DNA from: a virus
Taxonomy: Duplodnaviria > Caudoviricetes
Direction: 5' to 3' (one strand)
Virus record (IMG/VR): IMGVR_UViG_3300036785_000842
Span: 1 to 56,526 of that record
DNA: 56,526 bases
Shown here: positions 45,994 to 54,483 of the stretch, one piece after another
How positions within the stretch are numbered: position 1 is the stretch's first letter
How the letters are laid out: the number at the start of each line of letters is the position of its first letter
Program-made: the position numbers and the translations under genes
The notes under the pieces: generated by a model
The model's input: only the letters and a program-made list of their open reading frames with translations
The model's database searches: none
What the model was told of the DNA's origin: nothing

Positions 45994-46395
45994 TTATCTC
46001 CTCGCTGCGTTCATGCGCGCGCCGATCGACGGCGTGGTGCTGCCGCGCGCCTGGTGACGAGCGTCTTCGAGCTCGTCGCGGATGGTCTTTTCCGGCTTGG
46101 CCTCTTCGCCGGTTTTCTCGGCGCCGAGCTCGTGCAATACGAGCTCGACCCGGCGGTCGGAATTCTGGTCGGTGTCGCGCTGCTCGGAGCTCAGCACATG
46201 CGCCTCGCCGGCGATGCGGAAATGGTCGCCGGGCTTGGGCATCTCGTTGATGCCGAGCTTGCGCAGGCAGTCGTCGTCGAGGTTGATCACCAGCCCGTGA
46301 GGGTAGTCATCGGCGCTGGGACGAAACGGGATCCCGAAGGTCTCCTCCGCGTTCTTCTTCTCGCGGTCCGAGCGCTTCATGACGACGGTTTTCAT
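45994..46395 (-). CDS. capsid staple / Gp10-like protein
   Basis: YPHGLVINLDDD.LRKLG...P.PG......A.V......RVELV. Confidence 0.7.
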   Translation of the reverse strand: MKTVVMKRSDREKKNAEETFGIPFRPSADDYPHGLVINLDDDCLRKLGINEMPKPGDHFRIAGEAHVLSSEQRDTDQNSDRRVELVLHELGAEKTGEEAKPEKTIRDELEDARHQARGSTTPSIGARMNAARR

Positions 46396-46570
46396 CGGAT
46401 CTCCCCGTGTTGGTGACCTCGTCGGCGCCGCCGACCGCCCCCTCGCAGCACGAAGCCTGTCCACTGCCCCCGCAGGCCGGACACGGGATGATCATCATCG
46501 CGACCATGTCGCGCGGCGTCGGGAGCCGCATCATGGCTCTGCCGCTACCGCCGCATTCAGCGCAGCGCAT
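46307..46570 (-). CDS. DnaJ-type zinc-finger small protein
   Basis: CAECGGSG...CPACGGSG..SCCEG; 3' end overlaps the next gene. Confidence 0.6.
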   Translation of the reverse strand: MRCAECGGSGRAMMRLPTPRDMVAMMIIPCPACGGSGQASCCEGAVGGADEVTNTGRSDENRRHEALGPREEERGGDLRDPVSSQRR

Positions 46571-46953
46571 CAGCGCCCACCGATGACGCGATCGATCTGC
46601 GGGCCCTCGTAGCCAGCACCGCGCAACACACCCTCGGCCTCGGCGCGGCGCTCGCCGGGATCGCGGTCGAGCTGGCGTTTGATATCCTGGGCGATCTCGC
46701 CGGCTGCCGGCTCGACCAGCTTGCGCGGCGCCATGATCGTCGAGGCCTCGTTGCCGACCTCGGTCAGGTCATAGCGCCGCAGATGCTCGCGGTGCTGGGT
46801 GCGCCCGGTGATCAGCTCGCCGGTGCGCATCGAGCGGTAAGGTGCCAAGTCGGTCTGCACCGTCGGCGCCGGCAGATCCGAGCGCGCCGCCGATATCGCC
46901 GGCGGCTCCCACGGCACGAGCTCGCCATTGCGCATGACATAGCGCCGTCGCAT
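46570..46953 (-). CDS. conserved phage protein
   Basis: DLAPYRSM.TG..I.GR.QHREHLRR....EVGNE; SD GGGGAG. Confidence 0.75.
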   Translation of the reverse strand: MRRRYVMRNGELVPWEPPAISAARSDLPAPTVQTDLAPYRSMRTGELITGRTQHREHLRRYDLTEVGNEASTIMAPRKLVEPAAGEIAQDIKRQLDRDPGERRAEAEGVLRGAGYEGPQIDRVIGGR

Positions 46954-47068
46954 GCTTAAGCTCCCCGTTAGGGCGAACGTCGCGGAGGGGTGAGCCGCCA
47001 CTGGAGCCCCGAGGGTGTCGGGCGTCCCCCTTGGCCTGGCGATCAGGTCAGCCCGGCATCCTCGCCGG

Positions 47069-47302
47069 CTAGACCCCCAAGAGCCGTGCCTGTGCGGGCG
47101 GCATGCCGACCGCACACAACATGTCCATCGGTGTGCTTTTCCCGGAACCCGGTGTATCGGAGCCGAGCAATTTGGCCAGCGCTGCCGGGATGCCAACATG
47201 CATCAGCTGCATCATCGGCGCCCCGTTCGCCCCGTCGCTGCCGAACAGCCGCGCCGCCGCCGCCGGCATGCCGACCGCGACGAGGTCCCGCATTACCGCC
47301 AT
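47069..47302 (-). CDS. small protein of three VG(M/I)PxAxA(R/K)L(L/F)G repeats
   Basis: SD AGGAG; internal triplication. Confidence 0.65.
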   Translation of the reverse strand: MAVMRDLVAVGMPAAAARLFGSDGANGAPMMQLMHVGIPAALAKLLGSDTPGSGKSTPMDMLCAVGMPPAQARLLGV

Positions 47303-47310
47303 CGAACTTC

Positions 47311-47332
47311 TCCTGAGCGATTGTCGAAGGGC
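47311..47332 (-). repeat. REP-like element family A (GCCCTTCGACAA(TC)GCTCAGG); other copies 48047-48067 (same orientation) and 48655-48674 (inverted)
   Basis: Direct sequence match between copies. Confidence 0.8.
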
Positions 47333-47336
47333 TCGA

Positions 47337-48305
47337 TTACACCAGGCCGCCGATATCGCGCGACAAGAGGTGCGAGGTGCGCGCCTGTTCCAGCGCCGCG
47401 CGCTGCTGGATCTCCTGACCCTGCTGCTCGATCTCGGCCATATGCAGCATGCCTTCCTGCTGCAGTTTCTTGGCGTCGCCCTGGGCCTCTATGTAGGCCT
47501 TCATCAACTGCACGGCGTTGGCCTGTTGCTGCGCCTGGACCTTGGCTTGATCGATCTGCTGATCGCCTTGCGCGGTGCGCGCCTCGGTCACGATCTCCAT
47601 CGGCGATTTGGTGTTGCCCCGCTGCTGCTGCTGCGGGTTTGGCGTCGGCGGCGATTGCGCGAGCGTCCTGAAAGCCTGCTCGAACATCGGTTCGAGCCCG
47701 CGCGCGGCCGGGAACGCCCGCACCCCGAACATCACCAGGGCCATCGCCAGGGGTGCGACCGCCGGGTTCTGCTGCACTTCGGGGATGATCATCTGCAGCA
47801 TCGGCATGATCGCCTGCAGAAACTCGGTGCGGGCAGCCTTTTCGGCCTGTTCGTCCGGAGCGATCGTCGAATCGGCCTCGATGTCGACCTTGTAGCCGGT
47901 CTGCACATCGTGCCGGACCATGTGGCAGGCGCCGAGAAACTGGGTTCGCCGGCGCGTGTTTTCGGCATCCCAGGCGGCTTTTTGCGCTCGCCATTGGGCA
48001 AAGGCCGGGTTCGGCATCATCCCCGGCGGCACCATACCGAGCGGCCCCTGAGCGATTGTCGAAGGGCCCCCCGGCGCCGGCATCCCGCCCGGTCCCGGCA
48101 GCCCACCGCCGGGACCTCGGGCAGGGAGACCGGGTCCCGGCGGTGGGAGACCGGGTCCCGGCGGTGGCAGACCGGGCCGTCCCACCACAGAGGGCCCGGT
48201 CACTCCCGGCCCGGCAGGCATCCCACCGCCGCCCAAAAGCGGCCCCCCTGGTGGCATCGCCCCACCGCCCGGAAATCCGACGACGTTGCTACGCTGTTCG
48301 GACAT
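47337..48305 (-). CDS. portal protein, C-terminal part (crown/barrel-like)
   Basis: Gly/Pro linker, then GYKVDIEADSTIAPDEQAEKAARTEFL...FGVRAFPAAR.LE and a Gln-rich coiled coil; own SD GAGAGGA. Confidence 0.75.
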   Translation of the reverse strand: MSEQRSNVVGFPGGGAMPPGGPLLGGGGMPAGPGVTGPSVVGRPGLPPPGPGLPPPGPGLPARGPGGGLPGPGGMPAPGGPSTIAQGPLGMVPPGMMPNPAFAQWRAQKAAWDAENTRRRTQFLGACHMVRHDVQTGYKVDIEADSTIAPDEQAEKAARTEFLQAIMPMLQMIIPEVQQNPAVAPLAMALVMFGVRAFPAARGLEPMFEQAFRTLAQSPPTPNPQQQQRGNTKSPMEIVTEARTAQGDQQIDQAKVQAQQQANAVQLMKAYIEAQGDAKKLQQEGMLHMAEIEQQGQEIQQRAALEQARTSHLLSRDIGGLV

Positions 48306-48322
48306 GGCTAATCCTCTCTGCC

Positions 48323-48607
48323 ATGGCCTTACCTCCTCCGATCCCATTGCGCCCCGCCGACCGCCCCGAGACCTGGGCGGAATATCAGCACCGGCGCCGG
48401 ATCCTCGCGCTGTGGCGTTCGATCGGCGATTTCGTGGTCAAGGGTCACTTCGCCAGCTTTGCCGACCTCATCCTGCTGGCACCCTACCGCCAGCCGATGC
48501 TGCCGCCGCGGCCGTTCGTGCCGTTCACCACGCTATTGGGCGGCGGGATCGTGCCGGGATCGCCTCAGGGCGAGCCGATCACGCTGCCGTGGTCCCCCGG
48601 AGAGTGA
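48323..48607 (+). CDS. small antisense protein ending in a TerS-like motif
   Basis: GC3-rich codons; PGSPQGEPITLPWS vs PGSPEGEPVTLPWS in 3055..3588; no obvious SD. Confidence 0.55.
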   Translation: MALPPPIPLRPADRPETWAEYQHRRRILALWRSIGDFVVKGHFASFADLILLAPYRQPMLPPRPFVPFTTLLGGGIVPGSPQGEPITLPWSPGE

Positions 48608-48687
48608 ATCGTTCGGCAGAGTGTAACTTTTTGCGCTCTCGTTTGCGGTGGGCGGCCCTTCGACAAGCTCAGGAGGCCGGCGGCGAT

Positions 48688-51489
48688 CTAGCGTCCGGGC
48701 ATAAAAAATGCCGGCGGCTCGCCGGCAAATGGATCGTGATCGACAGGAATGAGGTTGGGCGGCGGCTGCGCGGCCTGCGCCGGGTTGGTCAATGCTCCGT
48801 AGCCGGCGCCGAGAAGACCGGCGCCGGCCAGACCGGCGAGCGGCCTTAGTTGCCGCCCCCGCGCGGCGGGAGGGGTCTGCTCGTAGCGCTCGACGCGGGG
48901 TTTGAACTGGTCGATCCAGGCTTGGGTGGCGATCCGCTGCTGCTCGGCGATGTCGCGGACTTTTTGCCGCGCGTCCTCGAAAGCACCAGCTCGCTCGCCG
49001 GCGCTCCAACGTTGCGCTCGAACTCCTCCGGGTCTCCCGACATCATCCTGACCGGCATTGCGCTGACCTTCCCAAAAATCGTTGATGTGGGTGTCGTAAT
49101 TCTCGATGGCGTTTTGGCTCGGATGCTCAACGTAATATGACTGATACGCCCGCGGGTAAACTTGGATATTCCGCCCCGGCTGGTCAAATGCGCCGATCGC
49201 CGCAGCCTGCACCTGATCGCCCGACGGCGGCAGGACACCTTGATCGGTAAACGCCGGATGAACATCGACGAGGATGCCGTTGGGGCGACGCGTCGCGCTG
49301 ACCTCGCCACCGTGCCCGATCAATCGCTGGAATTGCTGCACTTGCGCGGTCGTGGTCGGGACCGCTCCCGGACCTGTCTCGGGGACGAACACCGAATAGG
49401 TTCGCAATCGGCCGCCGGCGTCCGCCGTCAGCGGCATCGTCTCAAAATGCGAGGCCGGCGCTGCCTCCTGGCCAAAACCTTCGCCGAGTGCGGAGAGCAC
49501 CGGATGGATCTGCTCGGGGGTCAAGCTGATCCGGTCGGAGCCCGCCTGCGCCCACATCGGGATGCGCAAATTTGGTGAGATGTCGCCCTGATAGGTGCCC
49601 CAGCCATTGTTGTCGACCCGGCTGACCGCGGCCCCCTTCCGGCCGATGACCGGTGCCACCAATTGCGAGACCACCGATTTCCCGCCGCCGGTCGTCACCG
49701 CATCCATCGCATCGCGCTGCAGCCGTTCCATCTTGTAGCGCGCGGTGTTGGCCCAGGGTGGCGCATCGGGACCGGCAGGCGGCAGGCGGCTTAAGAGGTC
49801 GGTGGCCTCCCGGCCCTCGGGCGTCATCTTTGTCGCGGTCTCGATCGTCGCCGTCGGCGTGGCGAGGTATTGCGCGCGCGTGCCGCTCATCAAATTCGGC
49901 ACATCGGGGTGCCCCAGCACCTCGGGGCTGAACAGCCCCTTGCTGGTGTCGACCCCGGCCGCCTCGAGCTGAGGCTTGATGTGGTTGTCCATCACATCGG
50001 CGTAATCGTCGCTGACCCCGATCTTGGTCGGGTCTTTCGTGCCGCGGTAATGGGTCCAGGCCGGCGCCTGGATCTGCCAGCTCTCAAACGGGTTTTCGGT
50101 GCCGGCCGCGACCCCGGGCCGCGCGGCGTTCTCGGCATCGCGAAAATTCTGGGTGAATTGCGAGGCGAGCGCATAGAGGTCGGGGCGCTTGGCCAGCTCG
50201 TCGGGATCCATGCCGAGGACCTCGCCATGCTGGCGGTCGTTGACCGAGATCGGCGGCTTGTCGTCGGCACCGGCGATGTGCAGAAACGTGCCGGTGTAAT
50301 TGGCGGTCTTGGGCGCCTCCATGCCGGTGGTCAACGCCATGCGCACCGTTCCGGGCTGTATCAGATCGGTCGAGATCGGCTGACCTTGCTGGTGCTCGGC
50401 CAGCACCCCGACGGTGCGCTGCAGGTTCTGCAGTGGTTCAGCGCTAGGCGAGGTCGCCGCGGTCACATTGAGCGCGTCGCGCATGTCCTCGGGGTGTTGG
50501 TCGAGCCCTTCGCTCTGAAACTTGCGCGCGCCGTTTTCGTACCAGTAACGCATCTTTTGCGGCTGGCTCAGCGCGTCGTTCCAGAATTTTGGCGTGTTCG
50601 GACCGACTTGCGGATTGTCCGCGAGGTATTTGTCGAGCTTCTCAGCCTGCTCCGGGCTCCACGAGCGGACCGTCTCGACCGCATCGTCCCAGGCTTTCTG
50701 CAGATCGGCCGCACTCGACTTCATGCCGCCGATCGACTGCGACATGTCGAGATCGGTCCAATCGGCGCCGCCGACCACCGGCACCGTGCCGACCCCCTCC
50801 TTATAGGGTCCGATCCGGCGGTTTTCGACCGGCAGGACCGTGTCGAGATCGCTGTTGCGGATCAATCCGCTGCGCGGCGGTGTGCCGGGTGCTGCAGCAG
50901 CGGGCCCCGCTGCCGCCTCGCCGGGCGGTATCGTCGACACCAACGCCGGCGCACCAATCGGCTCGGGCGGTTGGTTGTGACCAATCCCCGCCGGCGGACC
51001 CAGTTCAGCCAGCGGATCACCCGGCAGCTCACCCGGCAGCGGTACGCGACCACCGCGGCCAGGCCCGCGGCCGATGCCGGCGCCGACCGAGCCGCTCGGC
51101 GCTGCACCGGCGACATGCATCAGACCAAAGCTGGCGAGCTCCTGCGGCGTCATCTCGGGCAACCCGGTCTCGGTATTGCGGCCGAGCAGCCGGTTTTCCT
51201 GCTCGAGATACCCCGGGATACTGAGACTGCCGTAAATGCCGCGCGCAATGTCGGCCACATCGCCGCCGATCGCCTCTCCGGCACCACGCAGAACCCGGCC
51301 GGTTGCGCTGACCGCCGGCGCGATCGCCCTCGACAAATTGGCCATGCCAACTGCCTCGGGATCGCCCCAAAAACCGGTCGGATCGGGATCGCGCGGCAAA
51401 GGCGGCGACCGCATCGGCGAGGGCTGGTTGGGATCGCCAAATCCGCCATCGCCAAAATCCGGGTCGTAGTCGACCGGGATCAACGCCAT
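48688..51489 (-). CDS. large putative virion/injected protein with DUF7178-like (HhH-GPD-like) domain
   Basis: YWYE...AATSP...N...PKTANY...ISVNDRQH...QIQAPAW pattern; LIPVD(Y/H)DP motif at both termini. Confidence 0.55.
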   Translation of the reverse strand: MALIPVDYDPDFGDGGFGDPNQPSPMRSPPLPRDPDPTGFWGDPEAVGMANLSRAIAPAVSATGRVLRGAGEAIGGDVADIARGIYGSLSIPGYLEQENRLLGRNTETGLPEMTPQELASFGLMHVAGAAPSGSVGAGIGRGPGRGGRVPLPGELPGDPLAELGPPAGIGHNQPPEPIGAPALVSTIPPGEAAAGPAAAAPGTPPRSGLIRNSDLDTVLPVENRRIGPYKEGVGTVPVVGGADWTDLDMSQSIGGMKSSAADLQKAWDDAVETVRSWSPEQAEKLDKYLADNPQVGPNTPKFWNDALSQPQKMRYWYENGARKFQSEGLDQHPEDMRDALNVTAATSPSAEPLQNLQRTVGVLAEHQQGQPISTDLIQPGTVRMALTTGMEAPKTANYTGTFLHIAGADDKPPISVNDRQHGEVLGMDPDELAKRPDLYALASQFTQNFRDAENAARPGVAAGTENPFESWQIQAPAWTHYRGTKDPTKIGVSDDYADVMDNHIKPQLEAAGVDTSKGLFSPEVLGHPDVPNLMSGTRAQYLATPTATIETATKMTPEGREATDLLSRLPPAGPDAPPWANTARYKMERLQRDAMDAVTTGGGKSVVSQLVAPVIGRKGAAVSRVDNNGWGTYQGDISPNLRIPMWAQAGSDRISLTPEQIHPVLSALGEGFGQEAAPASHFETMPLTADAGGRLRTYSVFVPETGPGAVPTTTAQVQQFQRLIGHGGEVSATRRPNGILVDVHPAFTDQGVLPPSGDQVQAAAIGAFDQPGRNIQVYPRAYQSYYVEHPSQNAIENYDTHINDFWEGQRNAGQDDVGRPGGVRAQRWSAGERAGAFEDARQKVRDIAEQQRIATQAWIDQFKPRVERYEQTPPAARGRQLRPLAGLAGAGLLGAGYGALTNPAQAAQPPPNLIPVDHDPFAGEPPAFFMPGR

Positions 51490-51493
51490 CGGT

Positions 51494-53335
51494 TCAGGCC
51501 ACCATCAGGTATTTGCCGGGACGACGCGGATCGGGGACGTAGTGCCTGCCGTCGCGCGCCAGCCGGGCTCCCGGCGGCAACGGCGGACCGGGCGGCGCCA
51601 GCATGGGCGCCCGGACGGCACCGGGAGGCACCTGGGAAATCATCGGGCCCGGCCGTCCGGGAACCCCGACGGCCGGCGCCGGTAGACCGGCGCCGGGTGG
51701 TGCGCCGGCGCCGCCGGGCATCCCTGGGCCGCCCGTCGACAGAATACCTGGACGAGACGGCGGCGGTCCCGCTGCCGGTGCCGGGGCCGGCGCAGGGAGA
51801 GCCGGTCCGCCGCCCATCGCCGGACCCGGTGCGGGGGTCGGCGCCGGGATAAACATCGGCGGCGGCGGCGGCAGCGCCGGCAGCGGTTGCGGCAACCCGG
51901 ACATCCGCGACAATGTCTCCGGGTCGAAATGGCGCGCCATGACGGCCCCGCGCAATCGCATCAGATCGCGGGCAAAGCGCCCGACGTCCTTTTGCGCGCG
52001 GGTGATCCGGCGGGTGGCGAATTGGGTCTTGAGCTGCTGGGCGCCGAGCGTCTCGATCGGGTTGGTCTCGCCGCGCAGAATGTCGGCGATGCCGGTCGTC
52101 TGATAGATGATCTGCAGGAGGCGCTCGCGGGCGTCGTAGAGCTGAATCATCACCCGGGCGATCTGCTCGACCGGCAACCACTGGATCAGGTTCTGCAATC
52201 CCCCCTTGTCGCCGGCGAACCCGGCCCAATCCTCGACCGGGATCAGGCGGTTTTCGCTGCTGTCGTCGACCAGCTGCTGCAACACCATCTTTTCGGATCC
52301 GGCATAGACGCCGGCGACCTTGAGCGCGCGGGTCAATTTGTCGATCCGGCTGGTGATTACATCGAGCTCCTGGGCCTGATCTTGATATTCGATGTAATCG
52401 GCGACCGCTACCCGCTTGTTGTTTGTCGTCGTCGCTCTGAGGCAAGGCGGCGACGGGAAAAAGTCAGGTAATTCGAGCGGATCGTCCTGGGTGTCCAGCG
52501 GGCCCTCGGAATAGTTCTTGGCGACCCACACCGCCTGGTGCTTTTTCTTGTCCCAGATCTCCCAGACGGTGGCTTTTTTGAACATGTCGGCGAGCGGGCC
52601 CTGGTTGGCCTCGCTGGCCACCGCATGCACCCCCGAGGGGGTGTAATCGAGCCCGACCTTTTTGCCGAGCTCATTGCCAAAGCGCTCGCAGAGCTCGTCG
52701 CGCGTCATAAACGAGCGGTAGGCCTTCCACCAGATCTCGCCCTCGGTGCGCGCCGGGGTTTCCCGGTAATCCTCCCAAAAAACATAGCGGATCGGGGCGC
52801 GCTCGTTGGCGACCGGCTCAAACGTCGATGGATTGCCGTCCTCGTCGGGCTCGCCGTCCGGGTCCTCCTCGGGCGGCCCGAATTCGGGCTCGTAGAACAC
52901 CCGCGCGACCCCGCGGCCGGGCAACAGCCGGTCCTCGACCACCTGCTGCATGACCGCGTCGAACTCCTCGATGTCCTGCTCGTAATCGAGGGCGGCTTCG
53001 AGGATCTGCGCGCCCATCGCCGCCACCGGGTCGTTCTCGTCCTTGTGGCGGCGCGCGACATCGGGTTCCGGGGTGCGCCCGTAGAGCACCGGCTTTAGGG
53101 TTTCGATATTTGACCACAAAATGTTGTATTTTGCGGTACGCGCCTCGTTGGCGTCGCGCTCGTCGCGGTAGCGGTCGACGATGCGCCGGCCGCGCTTGAT
53201 AAAATCCTCGTCCTCGCGCTCGGCCAGGCTCAGCTGCGAGTTCCAGAACTGCCAGACCGCATTGGGTGTCGTGCCGAGGTCCTTGCGCTCCTCGATCGTG
53301 CCGACAACCGCGGTCGCCCCCTGCAGATCGGCCAC
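51494..53335 (-). CDS. portal protein, N-terminal part
   Basis: YNILWSNIETLKP.LY...P.P.V.RR, DRLLPGRG, WEIWDK, IYQTTGIADILRG...ETLGAQQLK; position after terL. Confidence 0.88.
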   Translation of the reverse strand: MADLQGATAVVGTIEERKDLGTTPNAVWQFWNSQLSLAEREDEDFIKRGRRIVDRYRDERDANEARTAKYNILWSNIETLKPVLYGRTPEPDVARRHKDENDPVAAMGAQILEAALDYEQDIEEFDAVMQQVVEDRLLPGRGVARVFYEPEFGPPEEDPDGEPDEDGNPSTFEPVANERAPIRYVFWEDYRETPARTEGEIWWKAYRSFMTRDELCERFGNELGKKVGLDYTPSGVHAVASEANQGPLADMFKKATVWEIWDKKKHQAVWVAKNYSEGPLDTQDDPLELPDFFPSPPCLRATTTNNKRVAVADYIEYQDQAQELDVITSRIDKLTRALKVAGVYAGSEKMVLQQLVDDSSENRLIPVEDWAGFAGDKGGLQNLIQWLPVEQIARVMIQLYDARERLLQIIYQTTGIADILRGETNPIETLGAQQLKTQFATRRITRAQKDVGRFARDLMRLRGAVMARHFDPETLSRMSGLPQPLPALPPPPPMFIPAPTPAPGPAMGGGPALPAPAPAPAAGPPPSRPGILSTGGPGMPGGAGAPPGAGLPAPAVGVPGRPGPMISQVPPGAVRAPMLAPPGPPLPPGARLARDGRHYVPDPRRPGKYLMVA

Positions 53336-53733
53336 TAGGCGGCCTCCGGGGGCGGCTCGAGGGTCGCCTCGGTCTCGACGACGTGGAACTGATCGCCGTC
53401 ATTGACCCGGCGCCCCCGGCCGCCGCGAAAGTGGATCGTGCGCAATGCCACCGGGTGCCCCTGCCACTGGTCCCACACCCGCAGGCCCCCATCGCTCTGG
53501 CGCTCATAAACCGCGGCGTGCGAGCGGCCGTCGGTGTGGTTGCCATAGCGGCCGTTGGGCTCAAAGGTCGCGATCACCGTCCCGGCCGGCAATTCGATGC
53601 CACGCACCTTGATGCCGCACCGCCATTGCGAGGTAAGCGGCAGGCCGCCGGCCGCCTGGACAAAGCGCACGCAATGCCCGTTGGCGACGACCTCGCCGGC
53701 CCAGCGCTCGGGACGATCGACGACAAAACTCAT
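53335..53733 (-). CDS. BPSL0067-like (Tae2-type, NlpC/P60-related) peptidoglycan amidase; endolysin candidate
   Basis: GHCVRFVQ, TSQWR.G, GTVIATF..NGRY.N, HAAVY, VWDQW. Confidence 0.8.
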   Translation of the reverse strand: MSFVVDRPERWAGEVVANGHCVRFVQAAGGLPLTSQWRCGIKVRGIELPAGTVIATFEPNGRYGNHTDGRSHAAVYERQSDGGLRVWDQWQGHPVALRTIHFRGGRGRRVNDGDQFHVVETEATLEPPPEAA

Positions 53734-53762
53734 CCCCGACCCCCTAACCGCCGCCGCCGTAT

Positions 53763-54473
53763 CTAAAATATTGCACCTTCTGGCGGCGCCACACCCTTAG
53801 CGCGGCAAACCCCGCACAACTCGCGAAAGGATTTTTTCCCGATATTCGGGATATGCAACAGCTCGGCGCTGTGCATTCTCGCCGCCGCGCGCAACGTGGT
53901 GATCCCCTCGCCGCACAAGGCGTTTTTTAGCCGAGCGCTGACGTCGAGGCCGGCGATTGGCCAATCCGCTTCTGCCGGTTCCGCCGGTTCGGCTTGGCTT
54001 TGCGCACTCTTCGGTTGAGCGATTGCGCGCGCCAACATTCCGCGCAGCCGCTCATTCTCCTTGGCCACGGCGCGCCAAACGGCCCCGGCGTTCTCCAGCT
54101 GCTGTTCCAATCCTCGTGTGTGCTCTTGCAAGCGTTGTTGATACGACCGGGCATAGACGCGGCTCTCCTCGACAGCCTGCTTGAGAGCCTCGTTTTCCGC
54201 CATCAGACGCCGAACCGTGTCTTGCAGCTCGATGATTAGGTGATTGACGTTGGGCCCGACGCCGCCCCCATAACGATCCCATTGGGCAAACGACGGCGGC
54301 GCCGGAACCGGCGCGTGGCCCTTGGCCACCAGGCTCTTCAAATCAAACCAGCTGAGCCCAGCCTCGCGCAGCATCGCCTGCGCCAAATCACGAGCATTCA
54401 ACGCCTCGCCCTCAGCGGCGGAGCCCATCATGCCGATGATTTTGGCGAGTTTTGACCAATCGAGCCCCGTCAT
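53763..54473 (-). CDS. protein with DUF2786-like N-terminus, coiled coil and RNA polymerase alpha-CTD-like domain
   Basis: KLAKIIGMMGS..EGEALNA; C-terminal PIAGLDVSARLKNAL...GITTL......ELLHIPNIGKKSFREL. Confidence 0.75.
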   Translation of the reverse strand: MTGLDWSKLAKIIGMMGSAAEGEALNARDLAQAMLREAGLSWFDLKSLVAKGHAPVPAPPSFAQWDRYGGGVGPNVNHLIIELQDTVRRLMAENEALKQAVEESRVYARSYQQRLQEHTRGLEQQLENAGAVWRAVAKENERLRGMLARAIAQPKSAQSQAEPAEPAEADWPIAGLDVSARLKNALCGEGITTLRAAARMHSAELLHIPNIGKKSFRELCGVCRAKGVAPPEGAIF

Positions 54474-54483
54474 CACCAGAAGT

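Noticed and set aside
47337-51700. Split intein or self-splicing intron rejoining the portal halves
   Set aside because: No Cys/Ser-start or His-Asn-end intein motifs and no recognisable group I/II intron ends or homing endonuclease; not formally excluded without RT-PCR.
49870-51852. 660-aa plus-strand ORF
   Set aside because: Antisense shadow of the 933-aa gene and portal.
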